Positions 1 through 11,511 of a stretch of 42,167 nt of DNA are shown here, piece by piece. This DNA is from Octopus bimaculoides (Eukaryota): the NCBI RefSeq assembly GCF_001194135.2, contig NC_069001.1:19678388-19720554 (forward strand). Direction: 5' to 3'. Each line of letters starts with the position of its first letter. Within the stretch, counting starts at the first letter, position 1. The notes beneath the pieces were generated by a model. The model saw nothing but the letters and a program-made list of their open reading frames with translations. It was not told where the DNA came from and searched no databases. Both the position numbers and the translations under genes were made by a program.

Positions 1-8
1 ATTTTCTT

Positions 9-932
9 TTACTTGTCACTGCAGTCCACCCTAAGGTAGCCCTTCTTCCCACACTGGAAGCAATGAGGTTGGCGACCTTCCACTGACACAACCAGTCGTG
101 TCTTGCCAACCTCAAAACTTTCAATTATGTCTTCCAGTGTGGCCTGTTCTGCCTGTATTATTATTTTTAAGGCCTGTCCATACCACAGGCGTGGCTCAAT
201 CACGGTGGCATCCAAGACAGTTACCCTGTCCTGTAAACCCAGAGCCACTCTGGGTCCACCTCAGGGGGAATATTGTTAATTGTGATTTTGGATGTTCTCC
301 TACCCATATACAGTGGTAGGAGAACTACATTCTTGGTCTTCAGAGGCTCCACAGAATGGAGTCTGGCATCTTCTTCTGACTCCATTCTTACCTCAATTGT
401 TGCATATCGTTTGCCTCTGGCAATGTAGGTAATTTTTTGCCAAATTGGCTCGAGGCACTTTTCAATTTCTGCTTCTGTGACATAGTCAATTTTTTTTTTC
501 TCTGATGTTATAGGTTTTGAAGATGATTGTCTCTTTTTCAATTTTCTCCAGAAAACTTTGAGGAGATGTTGCAATAATGCCATGCCCCTCCCTCTTCACC
601 ATCTCTTTGTGTTTTTCCGTGTTGTTCAAGTTTCCCTTTTTTAGCTTGGCACCAGCCACCGCTACGAAGTCTAGCTTTTTCTTTGCCATTTTCTCCTCGA
701 TTTCCGTGGTTTCCTTTGTCTTCAGACTTTTTACATCAATATTTTTCTTCGTAGTTGCTGGTTGTTGTTTTGTTGCAGTTATTGGGTGTTCTATCTCGTC
801 ATCAATTAATTCGATTTCACAGATCCTTTCTATTTCCTCCTCCGACAGTTCATTTTTCCTCTCTGCCATCATGTAGGCTTCCCAACATGGGAAAACCATT
901 GACGGTTTCACCAACTGTAAGAACTTTTCCAC
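9..932 (-). mobile_element. Decayed ORF1/gag-like region of a non-LTR retrotransposon (L1/Tx1-like), frameshifted
   Basis: Overlapping minus ORFs (486-932, 221-583, 9-248) give a Lys/Glu-rich segment, an RRM-like segment (KITINNIPPEVDPEW) and a C-terminal knuckle CFQCGKKGYLRVDC (CCHC with H>Y). Clade assignment is inferred. Confidence 0.6.
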
Positions 933-1403
933 AAAATTAACAACAATAATTCAACAAAAACACAGTTCAACAATACAGTATTCTAATCAAAATCAATGTA
1001 ATGTACGCCAACTCCACGAGTGAGGGGAAATAAACATCCAATGCGCTTGGAAAAATATTAAAAAAATACTGAGTAAGTAAATAAAGCATATATAGGTTTT
1101 TATTATGTGTGAGAGGTTGGAAGATTCCATTTTAATTTTGATTTTAAATTTAAATTGATTTAATTGTAAGTTATTATAGGTTATAACTGGTGGGTTTCTG
1201 GGTTCAAATTCTAGGAGTATTTATTCAATTTTAATTATGTCTATTTTACTTCATGTGTGTATATGTATAAGTGGAGTATCATTCAAAATAATTTGTCTAT
1301 CGATTTTTGTAGAATTATCTCTTTATTTTGGTATTCAAAAAAGAAGAATAAGAAAAAAAGGGGAAACAGAAGAGAAAGGAAAAAGTCTGTGTTCGCACAT
1401 ACA

Positions 1404-1518
1404 TATATATATATGTATTTACACGTACATATATATATATATATATACTTTCTCTAATATATTTCCAATCAATACCTATGCTCAAGTGTATATATGTACT
1501 ATATATATATATATATAT
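1404..1518. repeat. Interrupted (TA)n microsatellite cluster
   Basis: Several TATA runs visible directly. Confidence 0.9.
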
Positions 1519-1683
1519 ACACAGCCACACAGACCGAAAAGCCTAGGTTCAAATTGATAACCTCTGTTGGTTGTTATTGTAGTAGGTGTATTGTATCAAA
1601 ATGTGAAATCCATTCAGCCAGTCAGATGAAACACCCTTGATGGATATAGTTTCTGGCCTTCTGGAAAAATGCTTTATACAAGT

Positions 1684-2148
1684 CATCATCATCATCATCA
1701 TCATCATCGTTTAACGTCCGCTTTCCATGCTAGCATGGGTTGGACGATTTGACTGAGGACTGGTGCAACCGGATGGCTACACCAGGCTCCAATCTAATTT
1801 GGCAGAGTTTCTACAGCTGGATGCCCTTCCTAACGCCAACCACTCAGAGAGTGTAGTGGGTGCTTTTACGTGTCACCCGCACGAAAACGGCCACGCTCGA
1901 AATGGTGTCTTTTATGTGCCACCCGCACAAGAGCCAGTCCAGGGGCACTGGCAACGATCTCACTTGGCTTGCCGGGTCTTCTCACGCACAGCACATTTCC
2001 AAAGGTCTCGGTCAGTAGTCATCGCCTCGGTGAGGCCCAATGTTCGAAGGTCTTGCCTCACCACCTCAGCCCAGGTCTTCCTGGGCCTACCTCTTCCACG
2101 GGTTCCCTCAACTGTTAGAGAGTGGCACTTTTTCACGCAGCTATCCTC
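1684..2148 (-). mobile_element. 5'-truncated RTE LINE 3' end (ORF2 C-terminus, 3'UTR, (GAT)n tail)
   Basis: (CAT)n at 1684-1707 is followed by the reverse complement of the 3'UTR and ORF2 end seen at 39230-40186 (e.g. ...GTRGRGRPRKTWAEVVRQDLRTLGLTEAMT). Confidence 0.9.
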
Positions 2149-3045
2149 AGATATATTTTATCATGTACTAGGGTAAAGGACCTACAATATCTGTAAATAT
2201 ATTGAAAACGAGCATCAGGAGTAGCAAATATGCTGAGTGCTGCCTTGATGTAGTGGTCAACTTTATCTTTTTTGGCAGGATATACAATGTCATATCCAAT
2301 TACAAATATCTTTCTCTATACTTGGCGATACAAGACACGTTGAAATTTATTGAAGTCCCGAAAAAACAGTTTGTCTATAATTTTTCAAAACAGTCTGGAA
2401 AATCCAGTAGAAACATCACAACATATTTCTGAATCACTAGAACGTAGCAGTAATAGATGAAAATCTAGAGAAGATGACTGAATTTTGGAGTTGCAATTAT
2501 TCTTCATTGTCTTTCTGATCCTTAGCAATATTTTCTAAATTAATAATGTCACCAGAGTGCAAAGCATTGATATGAGCATGAGGTAATGTATCTACCACAG
2601 AATTTTCAGAACCCCTGATATGTATATTCATAGTAAATTGTGAAATATGATCAATGTGCCTAATGTTTCTTGGAGAATATTTATCCATTTTGGATTGAAA
2701 TGTGAAGGTTAATGGTTTATGATCAATATAAATAGTGAAGGTTCTTCCTTTCAAGAAATGGCTAAAGTGCTTTACTGACAAATAAGTGGTCAACGACTCT
2801 TGTTTGAAAGCACTATATCTTGTTTTGGCTGACTCAAAACACTTCACAAAACAAAAGGAAAGAGGTCGCCAGGATTTTGGACAAACTGTTGCAGTACTCC
2901 TCTGATTGTTACATTAAATGCATTCACCATTAGCGACATGGGTGACATGGGTGCATCTGGTATTGGATGGGCTAGCAGGGTAACTCTAGTTAACTTTTGT
3001 TTTGTCTTTCTGAAAAGACTAATTCTGTTGGAGTTAAAGAGATAA

Positions 3046-4407
3046 TCTATATATATAAAAATGAGAATGTGTGTCTGTCTGTCTGTGTGAATCCCTAAAA
3101 CTCGAGAACTACGCAACCAATTTCATTCAAATTTTACACATGCCTTACTTAGGGTTCCAGTTGTGTTTTAGTAAAAAAAAATTATTAACTTCTTGCAGAG
3201 TTCGAGCACACGGCAACATAATATCTCCTCCACTATTTAAGTATTACGTGTCAAAAGTGAAACAAAAACACTCATGTCAAATACTTTCACTTTAAAAATG
3301 AAACTATTCCACTAACTGAAACAATCACATTTCGATACTGTAGTGACAGATACTTTCACAGAGAGAGAAAGAGAGAGACAGAAAGAGAGAGAGATGTATA
3401 TGTATACATATACATGTATATGNNNNNNNNNNNNNNNNNNNNNNNNNNNNNNNNNNNNNNNNNNNNNNNNNNNNNNNNNNNNNNNNNNNNNNNNNNNNNN
3501 NNNNNNNNNNNNNNNNNNNNNNNNNNNNNNNNNNNNNNNNNNNNNNNNNNNNNNNNNNNNNNNNNNNNNNNNNNNNNNNNNNNNNNNNNNNNNNNNNNNN
3601 NNNNNNNNNNNNNNNNNNNNNNNNNNNNNNNNNNNNNNNNNNNNNNNNNNNNNNNNNNNNNNNNNNNNNNNNNNNNNNNNNNNNNNNNNNNNNNNNNNNN
3701 NNNNNNNNNNNNNNNNNNNNNNNNNNNNNNNNNNNNNNNNNNNNNNNNNNNNNNNNNNNNNNNNNNNNNNNNNNNNNNNNNNNNNNNNNNNNNNNNNNNN
3801 NNNNNNNNNNNNNNNNNNNNNNNNNNNNNNNNNNNNNNNNNNNNNNNNNNNNNNNNNNNNNNNNNNNNNNNNNNNNNNNNNNNNNNNNNNNNNNNNNNNN
3901 NNNNNNNNNNNNNNNNNNNNNNNNNNNNNNNNNNNNNNNNNNNNNNNNNNNNNNNNNNNNNNNNNNNNNNNNNNNNNNNNNNNNNNNNNNNNNNNNNNNN
4001 NNNNNNNNNNNNNNNNNNNNNNNNNNNNNNNNCAGGGTCAAACACTGTCTGTAGCTGGTCTTCTCTTGGAAGAGCCCTGCTTCTCACATGGACAACTGTA
4101 TGTTGGCTGCTCAAGAGTGGGCAGCAAAAAAAAAAACCTATTTGTATATGCTCCACAAGGGAAAACAAGGAACATAGTTTACAACGAGGTGTTATAATCA
4201 CAACAGCAAGAAAGTATGTACATGATCACCTTCTTTTACGAAACTTCATTGACTTTCATATATTTATATTGATATACATATATATACGTGTGTTTGGGTG
4301 CGTGTGTGTATATACATCTCTATATATAAAGATGATGCGTAGTCTAGACGGCGTTTTTAGATTTCATTATTCTCTTTAACCCGGGCAACGCCGGGTATTT
4401 CTGCTAG
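3046..4407 (+). mobile_element. Non-autonomous Helitron with PIF1-helicase C-terminal remnant
   Basis: 5' TCTATATATATAAAA after A3045. 3' hairpin ACCCGG-GCAACG-CCGGGT (4379-4396), then CTAG (4404-4407) followed by T, giving an A|T insertion. QGQTLSVAGLLLEEPCFSHGQLYVGCSRV...TRNIVYNEVL is a PIF1/Helitron helicase C-terminus. Contains an N gap. Confidence 0.88.
3423..4032. other. Assembly gap (other gaps: 11031-11231, 34975-35600, 36339-36841, 38632-39044, 39896-39987)
   Basis: N runs. Confidence 1.
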
Positions 4408-6449
4408 TATCATTATATTTTTCTGTTTATGGTTACATAGTAATTCTGATAGGGGATATATAAACTTCATACAGTGCAAATTGAACCATCTATAGAAGTT
4501 AATAAGACCAAGAAATTCTCACAATTTCTTCAGTAATGTAGGAACAGGAATATTTGTAATCACCTCTACTTTCTCTTTCAATGGTTGGATTCTCTCTCTA
4601 TTAACAAAATGTCCAAAAATGCTATAGATGAAACACCAAAGAGACATTTACTGGGGTTAATTATGACAACATGTGATAATCAGTAAAAAATCGTTCTAAA
4701 TGTTGTTCATGCTGCTGTTCTGCAGGACTTGCAATCAAGTTGTCAATATAGGCAAACACAAAGTCTAAACCATGAATAACTTCATCAGTAAATCTTTGGA
4801 AAGTATTTGCAACATTTCTAAGATCAAAAGGCATTTTAAGAAATTTAATAAGTTCAAAAGGAGTTATAGCTGTTTTAGGAACATCAGTAAGTTCAATTGA
4901 AATCTGGTTATAGATACATACTACAACAATTTTTGAAAAAAATACCTCCATATAAAGAAGTTAAGCAGTCATGGATAAGAGAGATTGAATATTTATCAGT
5001 AACAGTTAAAGCATTTATCTACTGTAGCCTCCACAGGGACACCAATCTCCCTCAATTTTCTTGAGAACCATATGCAGTGGAGAAGATCAATTACTACAAG
5101 AAGGTTGAATTATTCTGAGTTCCAACATGTGGCTGAATTCATCCTTTCTGTATTTTAGTTTGTTAGCAGTGAGTTGTCTAGGTCGTGATGAAAGAGGAAG
5201 GCCTTCACTAACAATATCATGCATAACCAAGTGTTATGAAGAGGGTACAAAGAAAAGAAGACTGACAGTAGCAGATTTAATGCTCATACCTTATTCTGAC
5301 AAATTAGTCTCCAAGTCTATCAGTCTCTTGAATTTCAAATCCACAAAAAGACGAAAATGACATAGGAAATCAGTACTAATATTAGGACATGGAAGATCTG
5401 CAATCAGAAAGATCTACTTGAATTCATGTTACAAATTAAGATCAAAGGTCATAGTTTTCTCACCATAAGTGGGAAAAGGTGAATGGTTTACAGCTAATAA
5501 AGTAATTGCTGTCAGTTTTTGTGATTCATGTAAAAATTTTACTAGTCAAATACTACATGCTGTTTGTTCCCTTATGTACCTGGAACCAATGTTTAAAAAA
5601 AGAGTAGTAGAACTCTTTTATAGGTGCTAAAATGGCTTACACATTTGATGGTAGGTGAAATTTAAAAAAAAGTGTCTCAAGATCAACTCTTCAAGTGGGT
5701 TATCTTCTAATAATTCTTTCATTTTTCTCAACATTTGAGAAAGTTTCTTATCTCCCAAGATCTCATTATCAAGAAGCTGGTGAAAACATTTCTGTCTGGA
5801 CATAGAAGTACATTGTAAAAATCTTTGCTTTCACACTTTGATAAAATGTGAAGTTGAAGGTTGTAATTAAATCTTTGATTTTTCTGCTTAAACCAAGTGG
5901 TAGAACACTAAGAAGTTAAATTAGTGTGTATCTGAAGAAATTTTGTTCACCACAAAGTGTACTTCAAGTTGCACAAACCAAACTAGTGTATCCAAAGCAG
6001 CCTGAATAGCTGGGCTATCGCTATCTCCAGAAGAAACTGATGGGACAGGTGAAGTTACCATACTTAAGCACAAATTATTTTGAATGACTTAAATGAAATT
6101 AATACCAGTTTCAGCTACTATGTCATGCAAACTAAAAATTTTGTGGGTGAAAAATGCATGTCTCATTTGTTGTTGAGACACAGTACTATTAGTGTATCAA
6201 TGTCACATATTAGAAGGTAGGGTTTGCAGTGAGGAAATTTGTATTGTGTGGCTTTTTTCACCCTTTGATATTAATGATAAATGCAAATTTCTGTCTGTCT
6301 GTCCATCCAAGACCTTTGTATCTCAGTCTACATATGCTCTACATAGGCATATACCTTTCTGGAATTAGGATGATCCCAGGGTTGAAAATCTGCCCTTCAT
6401 TTGGTTCTTGAACATCTGGCATTGGGATCAGGTCTCTTCATACTCACAC

Positions 6450-8350
6450 TAAATCGTAAAACGATGAATATTGTTTATATTGCTGCTTTACAGTGATCTC
6501 TAAATGTCACAGTGATACTCTGTGATATAAATCAGTGGTGGTAGGGATCAATAAATGCTTTATTGCCCTCTTCAGTTTTGGGTCACAGGCCCAATTAGCC
6601 CTCTGCAGGGCTAGCCTTAAAGTCTGCATGGAGTGCATATTTTAAGCTAGTTCTTACTGTAATGTGGTGTTTGCTTGCCACTGTTTTGCATCCATTTTTA
6701 CACTGTGGAATTGGTTTTCATGAGATTGATACAAATATGCGGGATTTTTCTTTGTCAGGGTTGCCATTGTTGCGAGGTTGGCCATGGTAGGTCTCTGTCT
6801 TTTGAGTCACCAAGATTCATATTATAGCTTTATTAGTTGAATTTAAGATCAGATTGGCTGCATATATTACAACAAAAGCAAACTCATGAACAGATGCTTC
6901 AATGCCGACATCACTCTGCTGTGATTTAGGCACCAAACTGCTCAACTTGGATAAAGGGTTTGAGTTGTTGTTCACAGCATAACTTCAAGTTGATCACTTG
7001 AATTTTAGGTTCACATGAAACTCATATGATCCAATTGTGGCTTACTCATGATCACGAACTGATAATTTTGCAGGTTGGAGTTTGAATCTTTACAACTTCA
7101 GTGTACTTGGTGTCATCTGCATATGTTGACGCAGATCTTCCCCATTCTATTTCACACCAGACACTCCACAATGTCTCTAGTTTCTACAATAGTTGCTCAT
7201 GAGTCAACATGTACAGAAGGGATGTGAGGGGACAACCTTGATGGACTGAGCACATAATACTACAATGGTTCTCATAAATTGCTATTTGCTCTTACCACCT
7301 ATGCAGCACTTATAGATGAGACTGAAACTGACAGCTGTGAGAACAACTGCCAGCTATTGGTGGTGGATCCTATTGAAAGCTTTTGACTGATTCAAATTGA
7401 TGAGGTTCTCACCTTTGCCAAGTTCCTTACTTTCTTTACAATGTATTACTTGAGGTTGAGGTTGTCTTGACTAAATCTGTTTGAGATAGCATATGTGAGC
7501 CCATCACATGACCAGTGACACATATCTACTTCTTTGTTAACACTTTGGCCAAAATCTCGAAATCTGTGTTTAGCTGAAAATTATCAATGTGGTCTCTCTT
7601 ATTCAGTTTCTTTCTCTGCAGCACTACTGCTCCTCGGCTTACAGACCTGGGGAATATCTTGTTTTGCTGCTAGCTGTGGTAGATATCTACCAAGAGGCAA
7701 CTGAACAAGTCTGGCATATAATGCTAGTAGGATAGACTGTCCAAACTGGGTGATTTGCTCCTTGTGCAGTTAGCCATATTTCAGTGGTTGTTAGTTTCGC
7801 AATGTGCTACCTCCATTGCTGAAACTTGTGGTATGCTGTTAAGGTAGGCATTGCAATATATAAAAAGCCACACACGTTTGCTTGGTATTGAATAACACAC
7901 TTTCATTATGGTCTGTCAAAGACCAAATTGTGGTTTTATTGACATGTCATGCCTCTGCCATTCAAGTCCATCAAATGGTTTTCAATCCTTTGTATCTTAG
8001 AACATTCACTTTAGCTTTGATAATGCAGCCTTCATGCATAATGTTGAAGAATTGCTTGAGGGCCAATCTTATCACAAGTGTGTCACTTGCTTGCTGTGAC
8101 ATTCTTAAGCACTTCTAAGTTTCTAATGAAGTCTCCTTTGTATATTGTTGCTCTCTTACTAAACCTTATTGATTCTGTTCTAATCACTCTCATGGGGGCA
8201 AACCATCATTCATTATTGGTTAATAACTAATTAGCCTGAATAACTAATTAGCTAAACTGGTCTCTGTAAACTTTGCACACTGGGAATGATGCATTCAGTT
8301 TCCAGTAACCAAGTCCTTGCCTAGGAAGCCTGTCTATATCCACCATACAT
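6450..8350 (-). mobile_element. Decayed L1/Tx1-like LINE ORF2 (RT)
   Basis: Minus-strand motifs LNTDFEILAKVL (~7550), KAFNRIHH (~7370), SVHQGCPLTSLLY (~7230) and YADD (~7115). Boundaries approximate. Confidence 0.8.
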
Positions 8351-8587
8351 TCTGAGTAACTAATGACTGAATTGAGGACAACCTGTGCTATCCTTATTTA
8401 TTGGCATACAAAATACTGTATGCATCATTTGAATTGTCAATACATGAATGATTTTGTTTACAATATTTTATTTCATTATTCTTAAATTAATTTTTTATTC
8501 AGAAATATGTATACAAATAATTTTTCAAATGCTTTCCTTTCTTTAATATAATCAAATTTCTTTTTTAGATTTTTTTAAAATCAAAGA

Positions 8588-8711
8588 ATGATGAAATTCA
8601 TTATTCAAAAAGTTTGTCATGGTTCAGCACGATGTGGAGTTTTAAGTCAGTTTGGACAAAATGCTGAACAAATTCTCGAAACCCCATTATGTATGTTGTA
8701 TACACGAGGAG
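8588..8711 (+). CDS. QTRT2: QTRT2 homolog, first coding exon (MMKFIIQKVCHGSARCGVLSQFGQNAEQILETPLCMLYTRG)
   Basis: Matches the remembered QTRT2 N-terminus (human MKLSLTKVVNGCRLGKIK...DIPGCLLYTKTG). Polypyrimidine/AG acceptor at 8567-8568 implies an upstream UTR exon. Donor GTAAGT at 8712, phase 1. Confidence 0.88.
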
Positions 8712-8946
8712 GTAAGTTGAATTTTTAGAGGTCTTAATCAAACAACAAACGATTTTACTCATCTTATTTTTTAAGCGTTTTATCTGTTACATTGTTTTCA
8801 GAAAAAATCTTGGAAGACTCCTATAAGGTTCTTCCCCAAAATGTTAGATTTTCATTTCTCAATACAAGTGCTCAATACAATATGGCCCACATATTATTAA
8901 TTCTAGTGTACACCAGTTATGGTTTTGTATCATACACTCTTCTTTC

Positions 8947-9204
8947 TCTTGTGGTGAAATCCTGACACCCCTGTGGGATAGCAAGTCAACTGTCCTAAAC
9001 CGTATAAATGCCCATGTTCACTGTCAGTGAGGGACAGTGTGATGTGTGCAAGAGTTTTGCGAAGAGTCGTAGAAGTTGTTGAGAAGAGATATTGTTTGTT
9101 ACATGTTGTTTCTGAGTGATATTTGTATTGTTATAAGTTCACATTATAAAGTGGCATATACAGTGAGTTCAAGAAGGACATAATAGTGTTGATGAGACAT
9201 CACA
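8947..9204 (+). repeat. Gypsy 5' LTR
   Basis: Aligns with 13951-14174. Starts TC (TG mutated) and ends CA. Confidence 0.9.
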
Positions 9205-9569
9205 GTGGCAATGAGACATTTGAAGCTCACGGTGGATGTTTTTAGCATGGAAGACGTATTGGCTTCCGTGGTTCAGTTGCAGTGGGAACGGGATTATTGT
9301 TGCAGTCACAAAAAATTTCAGGTTTGTTATCAGCAGACGCGGTTGCTAATTCAATTGAAGAATTCACATATAATCCGGAAGAAGGGATTACATTTTCTGC
9401 ATACTTCAGAAGGTATGAAGGAATTTTCAAGGAAGATTGTAAAAGCTGGACAGACGAAAAGAAGGTGTCTTTTAAGGAAATTATCACCAGCAGAACATGA
9501 AAGGTTTTGTAATTACATCTTGCCAAGAAAACCATCTGAAATTTGTTTCGAGGAAACAATTAAGCTATT

Positions 9570-9703
9570 TATATTTGACAGATATTTGTCTTCATCTTGT
9601 TTGTTGTTAACACAATGTTTCAGCTGATACACCCTCCAGCATTCATCAGGTGTCTTGAGGAAATTTTGAGCTTGAGTTCTCATTCCTAAGATATTTTTTG
9701 ATG

Positions 9704-9737
<34 letters not shown>

Positions 9738-9842
9738 GGTTACTGCCAGGAATCGAACTTGGAATCTTGGAGTTAGTAGCCTGCGCTCTTAACCACTACA
9801 CCATATGCCCACGGGCATATGGCATAAATATAGAACAGTATT
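9570..9842 (-). mobile_element. tRNA-head/(AAT)n/hammerhead short element inserted in Gypsy gag
   Basis: 12-bp TSD AATTAAGCTATT (9558-9569 and 9843-9854). Minus-strand A box (TGGTGTAGTGG) and B box (GTTCGATTCC) at 9737-9810, (ATT)n 9707-9735, HHR motif 9609-9654, terminal hairpin 9801-9822. Confidence 0.85.
9609..9654 (-). ncRNA. Minimal type I hammerhead ribozyme motif, degenerate copy
   Basis: Minus: GACAC-CTGATGA-A-TGCTG-loop-CAGCT-GAAAC-ATT-GTGTT. Stem I GACAC/GTGTT. Positions 10.1 and 16.2 are mutated. Confidence 0.75.
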
Positions 9843-10978
9843 AATTAAGCTATTATCTAAAATATTCAGTGAAAGAAGTTCACTATCTACTATTCACTGG
9901 GAGTGTTTGAATTTGAAAAAAAAAAAAGATTTTGTCACGTATGCCAGAATCGTAAATAGAGAATGTGGAAAATTTAAACTCAATGAATTAAGCCCGGATA
10001 TGTTTAAATGTTTAATCTTCATACAAGGATTAACAGCAAATAAAGATGTGGAGATAAGGGCTCAAATATTGACGAAGTTTGAACAAGATTCAAAAGTAAC
10101 CCTACAAATAGTGGTGAAGAATGCCAAAGAATTATAAATCTATGACAGGATGCAGAAAAAATTGAAAAAGATTATTCAAGTATACATACGTGTTGACAGG
10201 TAAGAGATACGAACAAAGAAAAACAACAGTCAATACCCAAATCATGTTATGGATGTGGAAAAATACATTTCAAACGAAACTGTCCTTTTAAGAATCTAAA
10301 ATGTTTTGGATGTGGGAAAATTCGACACAAGAATTCACATTGGTGGGTGAAACAAAAAAGGTTGAACGAAAAAAATTTGAGAAAAAAAGTATTGTCAACA
10401 CAAAGCAAGGCACAAAAAAGAAAATTTGTCTCTATAAAAATAAATAATGTGAATACAAGACTACAGTTGGACTCAGGTAGTGATATCACAATAATTAACA
10501 AGGATACATGAAAAATATAGGAAGGCCTACATTGAAAATTGAAAATGGCGAGAGGCATCTCAGGGAAATAATTACGATTTTTGGACAAAATGATTAGTGA
10601 GGTAACATTTCATGGGAAAACTTTGAAGGCTAAAGTTTTTGTATTGAAAACTACAACAAACCTTTTTGGCACAGACTGGATAGAATTGTTTAATTTATGG
10701 AACCTCCTCATAAATAGTTTTTGCAATAATGTAAACGGTTATAACGCCAGTTCAAATAAGGCATCAGGAGATTTAGAAAAGAAATTGAAAAAGATTTGTC
10801 CTGGTATTTTTTCTGAAGAATTAGGTAGATGCATCAAGACAAAAGTAAAATTTCAAGTAAAAGAAAATGCTGTATCGATGTTTAAACTGAAGCGAGCTGT
10901 ACCTTTCACAGCATTGAATCAAGTCAGTAAAGAATTAGATAGGCTAGAAAAGCTGGGAGTTATAGAAAAGGTTGATTA

Positions 10979-11509
10979 ATAATATAGATTTAATCAAAAG
11001 ATTAAATGTGGTACTTAAAATGTTTGAGGCNNNNNNNNNNNNNNNNNNNNNNNNNNNNNNNNNNNNNNNNNNNNNNNNNNNNNNNNNNNNNNNNNNNNNN
11101 NNNNNNNNNNNNNNNNNNNNNNNNNNNNNNNNNNNNNNNNNNNNNNNNNNNNNNNNNNNNNNNNNNNNNNNNNNNNNNNNNNNNNNNNNNNNNNNNNNNN
11201 NNNNNNNNNNNNNNNNNNNNNNNNNNNNNNNCCAGAATTTGGTAGGGTAAAAAAACCAAAAACAAAATCAAGAGATTTGGTGAATAAAATTTGAAGATAA
11301 GCAACAAAAATTCAATAGGTTATAGCAGTACGTACGTTTCGTACAAGCTCCATTTATTCATGTAGTGAGATCACCACATAGAATGTACAATGAAAATGTA
11401 CTCCTCAGCTGCATAATGGAATTTCATTTCTAAAATGAAATTCCATTATGCAGCTGAGGAGTACATTTTCATTGTACATTCTGTGGTGTTCTCACTATAT
11501 GAATAAATG
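10979..11509. mobile_element. Penelope-like fold-back insertion in Gypsy pol
   Basis: Flanked by GAAAAGGTTGATTA (10965-10978) and GAAAAAGTTGATTA (11510-11523); the Gypsy frame (EKVD-YSEWAA) resumes after it. Carries a hammerhead and a terminal palindrome. Partly an N gap. Confidence 0.7.
11320..11416 (-). ncRNA. Type I hammerhead ribozyme, core intact
   Basis: Minus: TTATGCAG-CTGAGGA-GTACA...TGTAC-GAAAC-GTAC-GTA-CTGC(T)ATAA. Stem I is 8 bp with one bulge, stem II is 5 bp with a hairpin in its loop, stem III is palindromic (ACGTACGT), cleavage triplet GUA. Confidence 0.85.
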
Positions 11510-11511
11510 GA
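11349..11511. repeat. ~163-bp near-perfect palindrome (arms ~80 bp, 3-nt loop)
   Basis: TCCATTTATTCATGTAGTGAGA...GGAATTTCATTT-CTA-AAATGAAATTCC...TCTCACTATATGAATAAATGGA, with two substitutions and one 2-nt indel between arms. Confidence 0.95.

Larger units (their letters stand above)
2175..6200 (-). mobile_element. Decayed Ty3/Gypsy internal region (gag-pol), no LTRs recognised, interrupted by a Helitron
   Basis: RT fragment (KTAITPF...MPFDLRNVANTFQRF...FAYIDN, 4661-4951), RNase H (FTIYIDHKPL, 2497-2847), integrase Zn-finger end (CISCQK near 2260) and gag-like WFVQLEVHF near 5960. Confidence 0.8.

Noticed and set aside
3325-4379. Long ORFs in the track here and at 10972-11307, 34847-35695, 36208-36909, 38551-39257 and 39584-40107
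   Set aside because: They are artefacts of N runs translated as X.
9737-9810. Possible tRNA gene (also 16592-16666)
   Set aside because: A and B boxes are present but the acceptor stem cannot form and the head is fused to a repeat tail, so it is a SINE head.
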